64,000 nt of DNA from Eledone cirrhosa (Eukaryota): contig OZ024742.1 of assembly GCA_964016885.1 (NCBI GenBank), forward strand, positions 151,404,001 through 151,468,000, given 5' to 3'. A program made the translations under genes and the position numbers. A model generated the notes under the pieces. It saw only the letters and a program-made list of their open reading frames with translations. It searched no databases and was not told where the DNA came from. Below are positions 55,020 to 64,000 of the stretch, one piece after another (position 1 is the stretch's first letter; each line of letters begins with the position of its first letter).

Positions 55020-55802
55020 CTAGCAGCACTACCTAGCGTTGCCTGGGTAGGTAAAATAATATCTGCTTTGATGAAAAGGTGTTGATCTTAGCGACTGCTT
55101 CTCGATGACTCATCTATGGTCACACACAGGCTATGCGGAGGAGGGTGGTGATGACCTCTATCACTGAGAAACGCGGGTGACAGACGAAGGGGCATGTTGG
55201 GGGAGGGAGTTTCGAATTTGAACGAAATCGGTTGAAAAATGTGGGAGCTAGAGCCGAAAAGGTGGTATTTTCGAATATTTAAGCGGCTGCCACGCCGTTC
55301 CTGAACATAAAATCCAAAATGTAAAGCCACTTTAAGACGTGAAATAATCAGATCTAGCGTAGTGTAAAATTGGAACAAAGTGGGTTGATTAATGTGGGAG
55401 CTAGAACCGAAATAGTGGAAATTTGAGTCTAAAAGTGGTATTTTTGAATATTTAAGCGGCTGCCACGCCGTCCCTGAACAACAAATGCAAAATATAAAGC
55501 CATTACATGATGTGCAATGATAAATTATATTTTGCTTTAAAATTTGAACGAAATCGGTGGCAAAATGTGGGAGCTAGAGCCCAAAATCTTATTTTTCGAT
55601 ACCTAAAAAAAGGTGACCCCCTATCGATTTTTATCTGCAGAATGACCCCCGAATAAAAAAAACGATACGCTGATATATAGAAAACACTCCACGATGAGTA
55701 ATCTATGAGCCTGTAAAGTTTCATGAAAATCGGTCGTAAGATGTAGGTCTCTATAGATAATACACAGACACACACACATACTTAATTTTATATATATACA
55801 GA
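55020..55802 (-). mobile_element. Non-autonomous Helitron
   Basis: Minus strand begins TCTGTATATATATAAAA and ends CCCAGGCAACGCTAGG-tagtgctg-CTAG; internal repeats aatgtgggagctagagcc. Confidence 0.7.
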
Positions 55803-56969
55803 TGACTGTTGAAGACTACAAAAGCACTTCCTTAAGCCCAAGGCTATAACAAGACTTGGTCGTAGTATAAACAGTCAGTTTATATAGGAATAGCAACAAT
55901 CTAGTTATAGAATAAATGATGTGGAAATGCAATGAAGAGAAGATGGGGTCAAGCAAACCGAATATTAGTAAGAATGAGCTGAAGTATCGAGGTGAAGCCG
56001 ATCACGGTGATGAACGGGTTAGTGAATTCAATTCATGAATAATGTTGCTCTTTTCCAGGGGCCTCGTTTGCCTTAAAAATGTGAGGGGGACAAACCAACA
56101 TTTGTTGGAGCATTTTAGTATTACTTATGGTGTCTTTCCTGAACCCTATCACATAAGTAACATTTTACGCTAATTAAATTTTATATATTTAAATGAAGTT
56201 CAGATATAAAACAATAAGCTTAAAAAGTATTTATTATATCAAATAAACAAAAAATAAAACATAGACATTTGAATAAAAATCATATAAAGTAAATTTATTG
56301 TCTTTTAGTGCTTAATTTCCCTGATATACTATATAATTTCCCTGATATACTATATAATTTCCGCAATTCATTCACGTAACCTAGAACATTTTTGATAAGT
56401 GAAGTTTGTTGTACGGACTTAGCTATAATAAGTTGTGAAATATGAATGCCGCAGTGCACGTAATGGGCCAAATCAAGTTATGTTAGAATCTTTAAAAAGA
56501 TCTTTAAAAAATACCCGTACGAATTAAATACAAAAAAAGTTTCAGTCCAAAACAAAAGCAAACTATTTCAAATTATATATTTTTGAAAATTAGACGTAAA
56601 TGTTCTCAAAGATTTGATTTCAGTCGAAAAAGCTCTCTTTTAAATTCTATATTTCACTGTTAGCGGTTGTGGTATTTTGATTAGATAAACAATTCTGCAA
56701 TTCAAACTGTAAAGTCAAAATACAAAAGAAGTAAAATATGAAGAATTTCTTACCTTTCTCTAAAATCACAAACTCAGGGGAAAAATAGCACCTTGCAAAA
56801 TAAAATACCTCGTAGCAAAATAAAATACTTAGCAACGAATGAATTGAGAAGCTTGGAGACAGTGAGAAAGTATTATTTGTATCCCTTATATATATACATA
56901 GATAGATACACAGACACACACACATAGACGCGCACGCACACACACACACACACATATACATATACACAC

Positions 56970-57049
<80 letters not shown>

Positions 57050-57139
57050 CTTGGTTTGGGTACAGAAAGAATTTTGTCTACAGTTTTTTATTGCCAGGTC
57101 AAAAGCCACTGCTCTTTTCAACAACGCCAAATAACAACG

Positions 57140-57224
<85 letters not shown>

Positions 57225-57609
57225 AATGAAGAGAGAAAGAGGGAGGGACAGAGAGAGTAAGAAATGTGTGTGTGTTTGGTGCACATCTATCTATCTATCT
57301 ATCTATCTATCTGCCTGACGCGTGGAACATCGCCGGTAAGATTTTTTGTAAATTTATATACGAAAAACAGAACAATTTGTTTGAAAAAACATATCATTTT
57401 GTAGATCAACCCCCAAGCTGAATTGTCAGCTTGGTGGTAATCCCATTTTTCGCCCCTTTAGGGGCAAAAATTTAATTTTAAAATTGTTTTAAAAAATCAA
57501 ATTTTGCCAACTATAAAACATAAATAACTCGAAAAGAACTCTAGAGAACGTCGAGAGAGAGCAGAGAGGGAAAGAGGCAGATATTAACGTTATATCTGCT
57601 TCTGCTACT

Positions 57610-57839
57610 ATGGACGTCGCTATGGATACGACTGTCAACAAAGAGAAAATATACCACTTGAAGATTTTAAAATTTCTACCGTCGAAGCGGAGAAAAATAA
57701 CACACAGCATACAGGAATTAAACCTATTAATATACATACACATGAAAAAGACAACATCAACAACTCTACAGATACATCTACACATAAAGTTTCACCTCGT
57801 CAAGGAATTGAGATTTCCAACACCGAGGCTAATAACGAT

Positions 57840-57918
<79 letters not shown>

Positions 57919-59223
57919 GCAACACCACACAAAAAAATGTCTTTCGCTGAAACAGTGAACAAAAAACAAGATTTTATAAATCTTGACATCTCCAATGCAA
58001 GAGATATGCTCCAGCAAGGGAGAAAGTTTGTAACTTTCGAAGACAAATGTGGATTTAGAATTAACTCACCCCTCAAAATAAAAGAAGACACAGTTCGAAG
58101 GACAGTGCTCTTCGGGACTGTATCCAATACAATGAGAAAGCCGATATTTGTTAGTCAAGGAGGTATAGAAGCCAACTTGAAGGAAATTCTAGCAAATGTT
58201 GACTTTCTCCAACGAAGAAAACAGTACGGAAGTGTTTCCGTACTGTTTAAAAGCGAGGCACTCGCCCCAAAACATTCTGTGACACCAATGGTGTCAAAAG
58301 CATTCACCTTTTCCCCTACATACATGGGAAAAGGGACACAAAAAATAAAAATAAAAAATATACCACCAAACATTAACATCTGGTGGATCTTGGCTGGCTT
58401 CGTAGAGCCAGAGACTGATATGATTCTTTCGATACGAAAGTCTATTAGACAAAGGTGGGCGGGTACTGATTTGGAGATTCTGATACAAATGAGGCTGGAG
58501 AGAATCTCCAAAATACCCGAAAAAGTCTTCATTGACGACAACAACAAAATAAACATTTCGGTAGAAGGGCGTAAATTTCATTGCTTTCGCTGTGGTAGCA
58601 CAGCACACCTAAAAGCCTCCTGTCCTTCACAAACACACCACAACAACATAATTGTTTATGAGGCTGCTTCTCCTTCTTTAAGTGAAGAAGAGGGAGAGCC
58701 GCGGAAATCTAAAAAAACAAAAAAAGAGACACCACAAAACTCTCCAAACCCCAATCACCAACACACAACCACAGACACAAACAACAACACAAACAACATC
58801 ACAGTCAAACATCCCCCTACCAGCAAAACCAACACCAACACCACCCAAACACAAGCACCCACCATAAAAAGAAAACTCCCGGACGAACAACAAACTAAAA
58901 CAACACAACAAAAACACAAACAACAATACACATACATCAACACAAACAACAAGAGTTTGATGGAGGTCATCTCCCCAAACCCCAAGGTGGAGACGGTGGG
59001 CAAAACTTTCGTCAAAGCAGAATCGTCTCCACACCTTAAACTTATAAGGGTTTCTATGGAAACCTATAATGCCCTGAAAAATAAATTTTCACAGGACGTG
59101 TGCAACCCCTGCCAGAAACCCATCAACCGCGTCCTGTTAAAATTTTTCCCAACCCCACCCAACACCCCATCCAGCACCCAAATGGAGATTGAACAACCCG
59201 ATCTCCAGGAAACGAAAAGGTAA
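57610..59223 (+). CDS. LINE ORF1 with a CCHC zinc knuckle (likely start MSFAE at 57937)
   Basis: CFRCGSTAHLKASC; open 537-aa frame upstream of ORF2. Confidence 0.8.
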
Positions 59224-59265
59224 GTGTACCTTTTCGTCCTTTTTCTCAAACTATTCTTCACCGAC

Positions 59266-62200
59266 ATGGCTAGCTTACGAGTTGGAAGCGTGAATGTGCG
59301 TGGCCTAGGGATGCCCTGGAAACAGGGCCAACTTTTAAACGACCTTAGGTCACACAGTATGGATGTGATAGCCATCACCGAGTCCAGGATCCACAACAGG
59401 CAGCAACTGACCCCCATCTTCGACGACTTTGAGATCTATGCATCTCTCTGTCAGCCAAGAGTTGGAGGTGGAGTGGCTGTCATGTTTCGGAAGAACCTGG
59501 ACGTCGAAATATAGTAAGTACACTTGGATACGGAGGGTAGACTGGTAGTCCTAGACGTGAACAGTATCGGAGTTGGAGCCTTCAGACTGGTGGCCGTTTA
59601 TGCCCCGACCGACCAATCGCAATCACGGCCAGACTTCTTTAAGCGTCTAGAGTTTTTTCTGGGAACGTCTCGCTCCTTACTTTTAGTGGGGGACTGGAAT
59701 GGTATCCTAGATGCACGATGGGACTATGTGGGAGCATGTCCCAGTAGAGGGGGGGGGGTGCAACAGCCTCAAAACTTTAATCGGCCGATTCCAACTGGCC
59801 GATAGGTATCGACTGGATTTCTCGACTGCACCACAGTGGACGTGAACAACCCGCAGTGGGATATCTAGATCGTATTTAGATAGGTTCTTCATTTGAGAAA
59901 GAGACAAGGAGATGTTAAGCTGTCCACGAATGCACATGGTTGCCTATTCAGGTCACAAATTATTCGTCTGCTTAGTCAACCGTGATAGAACACATAAACA
60001 GGGACCCGGATACTGGAAGCTGAACGTGTCGTTGCCGGCACGTAAAGCTTTCAGTGAAAGGATAAGTAGTCTAGTCAAGCATAGTTAACGGGAGCCATCG
60101 TCAACAATAGATGGTGGTACTCTCTCAAGAAAGCAATTAGAATAGAATCGATAGGGTTTAGCAGAGAGTTAGCCTTAGAGAAAAACAAAATAGAAAGAGA
60201 ACTAATAGCCAAGGTAGAGGAGGCACTTAGAAGTGGCAACGCGGCTAGAGTGTTAGCGTCGAGAACGGCACTGGACCAGTTCTTCGATGCGAAACGCGAA
60301 GGCTGCGTGGCCAGAAGCAAAATACGTGCTCTAGGAAACGAAGGAGCGAAACTGTCAGCTGGGCCCGAGTGGCGGAGGCAAAAAGTGGCAACAAGTCCAC
60401 GATTCGGTCGTTGAAAGACCAAAAGGGACGCGTGCTACTTGACCCCAAGCAAATGTGCGCGACCTTTCAGCGGTACTTTTCGCGACTGTTTGAGCAGAAC
60501 GAGAGTGAGCCGAACGGGTCAATGGACTTTAGTTCATACCTCGACGGCCTGCCGCGTCTCTCGAACACGGACGCCGAGTTCTGCGAAAGACCGATCACGG
60601 ACACGGAGATACGGGACGCTCTGGGCCGCTGCGGGAAACGCAAGTCACCCGGTCTAGATGGTCTACCCTACGAGTTTTACATAGGCATGCCGGACTTGTT
60701 CTCTGGCGTACTCGAAGCCGCCTACTGCAATTGGCAGCAGAACGGGAGAATTCCCAGTTCTGCAGGCAAGGGCGTAGTAACGCTGATCAGGAAAGACGAG
60801 AACAAAGGAGACGAAATTAACAACTTCAGGCCCATAACTCTGCTCAACAAAGAGTTAAAGATTTTGGCCAAGGTGCTAGCGACGAGGTTGGCGCTCGTCG
60901 TCGAGAACCTGGTAGGGAAAGCGCAAACGTGTGCAATCCCGACCATGTCCATACATGACAACCTCCACCTCATGCAATACATCATAGAGAGGGTGGGTAG
61001 TAAACCCGGCTTCGGTGGGGCTCTGATCAATTTGGATCAGTCTAAGGCGTTCGATAGGGTCGACCATCGATACTTGGAAGCGGTTCTCAAGGCGGCCGGT
61101 TTCGGTCCCGTTTTCAGAGGCTGGATCGAGTCGATGCACACCAGCATCTGCTCGAGGGTCAAGGTGAACGGCTACCTCTCGGAGCCGTTCGCAATCACGC
61201 GTTCCATTCGACAGGGGTGTCCTCTCTCCACCATTCTGTATGTATTGACTCTAGAGCCACTACTGCGGAAATTGGAACTGTTACAGGGTATCCCTCTAGA
61301 ATCGGGACTGCGCAAAGCGGCGTCGGCTTATGCCGACGACGTGACGGTAATGGTGTCGAGCACCTCGGTAATCGGGGTGATCGGCAACTTACAGAAAGAA
61401 TACGAAACGCTGACGGGAGCAAAACTAAACCCGGACAAGTCTGTCGGTTTGCAACTCGGTACGTGGAGAGGCAAACCGATGACGCCCGACAGCGTCGTTG
61501 GACGCTGGACGGACGGACCGGTGAAATTGCTCGGGGTCTGGTTAAGTCCAAACCTCCAGGTGGAGAAAAACTGGAACGAGGTCACGGCAAAGGTGTTTGC
61601 GCTCACCCAGAAGTGGGCAGAGTGCAAACTGTCCTTGAAAGGTCGAGCCGAGGTGACGGACACTTTCAAAGCGTCCGTCATCTACTGCCGCTTGACTGTC
61701 GTGAACACCTCGCCAAGATGGAACGCATGCTCTTCCAGTTTCTGTGGAAGAGGCAGGCTCCGTTGGTGAGGAGATCCGTCTGCTGTCAGCACCCTTCCAA
61801 CGGAAGGCTGGGCATGCCGTGGCTGATGGTGCGCAAACATGCGCTGAGGCTGCGGCATCTCCAGGTATTCCACAACGACCCCCAACCGGTGTGGGCACCG
61901 TTTGTGAGACAGGCTTTCCCACAGCTCATCTTGCTGACGGAGCTGCAGTCCTGGGTCAAGAAAAGATCGAAAACGATAAGCACCTCGCACACTGAAAGCG
62001 CTCAGGCGCTCACAGTCCTCTGGCAAGCGGGCGCAGCAATCAGTGGAGACTCCACTTCGACATTCTATAGAGGGTTTGTACGTTACAAGGGCGACAACGT
62101 ACTCGGAGAGACTCTGGGCGTCGAAGACAATGAGCTCACCAGTCTGTTTGGTAGGACTTTCCGCCCGGGAATTATGGACAGCTTCCAGAGGTCCCTGGCC

Positions 62201-62693
62201 TGGCAGTGCTACCGAGGAACTCTACCGGTTCGTGACAAGATCTATAGGCACGGACGCCCCGGCAGGGATCCTTCCAAGAGGACGTGTCCAAGATGTGCGC
62301 AGGATATTGAAACAGTGCTGCACGCAATTGTACACTGCCCGGCGTAACCGACCTGTGGAACTATGCAGAACAACTGTTGTTGCGTATGGGCCAAATCCAG
62401 TTGACTGCCGAGTCCATAGTAAGGATCAAACCGCCAGCCTCTTTCAAAAACGAAAGAGAGGCGGTTTTCCTCTGTACAGTGGCTATGGTGAAAGAAGTTA
62501 TATGGTGGACGAGATTGAGAGGACAGATGCCCTTCTCTCCGGACAACAATTGATTCCCTTCTTTCAGTATCACTTTAGAGGGAGAATCAGAGTGGAGAGA
62601 GAAACACTGCACCCCAGTAAATTTATTGAAAGGTGGGTGAATGAAGCGAAAATGGCCCGAGTGATTGGGCCTTCTCTGTTTGTAAGCCTGTAG
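59266..62693 (+). pseudogene. LINE ORF2 (APE-RT-zf) with several stops and frameshifts
   Basis: SVNVRGL, VYAP, GDWN, GPGYWKLN, KSPGLDG, FRPITLLN, DQSKAFDRV, RQGCPLS, YADD, CPRC. Confidence 0.92.
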
Positions 62694-63645
62694 GTTAAAG
62701 AAGAGAGCAAAAGGAAGAAAGGAGCACTTGCACAACACGCTCCTGGAGTTGAGGGTTGTTCTATCGACGGGGTATTAAACAACTCATTTGTGGCGCTTCC
62801 CCCCTATTGAGGATTTCGATTGTTGTAATTGTTTGTTTTATATTTTTTACACGACTGTATGTAAAATCCCCGGCATGTCTTTGTATTGTCCCCTTTTCTT
62901 GTGCGCCCTTGTGGCAAATAAAGAAATCTATCTATCTATCTATCTCCAACAGGGGGCTCACACATGCGACCCACGAACTACTTATCTGTAGCCCAGGGTA
63001 GAACCAATATTTAATATTGCATTATAACTGGTGAAAATAAGGCGTTGAGCTGGTGGAATCGTTAGCACATCTGGCGAAATGCTTAACGGTACTTCTTCCG
63101 TTTTTACGTTCTGAGTTCAAATTCTGCCGATCTCAACTTTGCCTTATATCCTTTTGGGGTCGATGAATTAAGTACCAGTTGAGTACTAGGATCGATGCAA
63201 TCGACTGAACCCTAGACCCCAAATTTCATGCCTTGTTCCTATAGTAGAAATGATTATAACTGGTGAAAATCTTCACCCACCACCACGTTTAGCCCATTGT
63301 GCCTCTCCTCCAGGACGTAATAGCCCTTTTGTGTCCTTTAGTTTGAGACCCTCTTCTACACACACAGATACACACACACACACACATATGTATTACTTTT
63401 TTTTTGTCTCTGGAATACGCCCATGCTGGAGCATCACCTTGGTAAGTTATGGGGACGTCAACAAACCAACAAGCATTGGTGGGAGGGCAAACACAAACGC
63501 AAAGACACACACAGACATATATACATATATACGAGGGACTTCTTTTAGTTTCGGTCTATCAAATCCACTCACAGGGCTTTGGACGGCCCGGGCAGTGGGA
63601 CTGAACCCGGAAATATGTGGTTGGGAAACAAGCTTCTTGTCACAC

Positions 63646-63731
<86 letters not shown>

Positions 63732-63901
63732 ATATATATATATTATACACAGACACACACACATACACACACACACACATATATATATATAGTAATAATA
63801 ATACATTTGAAGACTAAAATCCAAAGAGGGCTCCAAGATATAAATCTACATACATACATATATACAGCGATTCTTTGCTTAAACTTTAATTTGTTATTTT
63901 A

Positions 63902-64000
<99 letters not shown>

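Larger units (their letters stand above)
57313..62926 (+). mobile_element. Full-length Tx1/L1-clade LINE in (TATC)n
   Basis: ORF1 + ORF2, AATAAA at 62917-62922, (TATC)n at 57286-57312 and 62927-62945. Confidence 0.92.

Noticed and set aside
57836-57918. Poly-Thr tract in LINE ORF1
   Set aside because: (ACA)n microsatellite probably upstream of the true start at 57937

Overview
AT-rich, microsatellite-dense animal genomic DNA that is almost entirely transposon-derived. The SINE and repeat landscape resembles octopus or another coleoid cephalopod; this is an inference, not verified. The window holds a full-length but disrupted Tx1/L1-clade LINE, with related 3' fragments, all sitting in (TATC)n. 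It also holds a near-intact CR1-group LINE, five 5'-truncated GIY-YIG Penelope-like elements (PLEs), RTE and CRE fragments, a decayed hAT (Buster/SCAND3-like) transposase, Helitron and mariner non-autonomous elements, many tRNA-derived SINEs and possibly two host exons. The most striking signal is not in the ORF track. Reading both strands by eye gives more than 20 type I hammerhead ribozyme (HHR) motifs: about 13 with an intact CUGANGA...GAAA...NUH core, the rest single-mutant or half motifs. One lies downstream of each PLE. Most lie in about ten families of small (0.1-0.9 kb) non-coding elements inserted in (TA)n that form tandem or circularly permuted monomers of about 300-520 nt and long fold-back inversions. 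This looks like a diverse retrozyme-like, non-autonomous PLE system. All folds were made by hand and need computational and biochemical confirmation.
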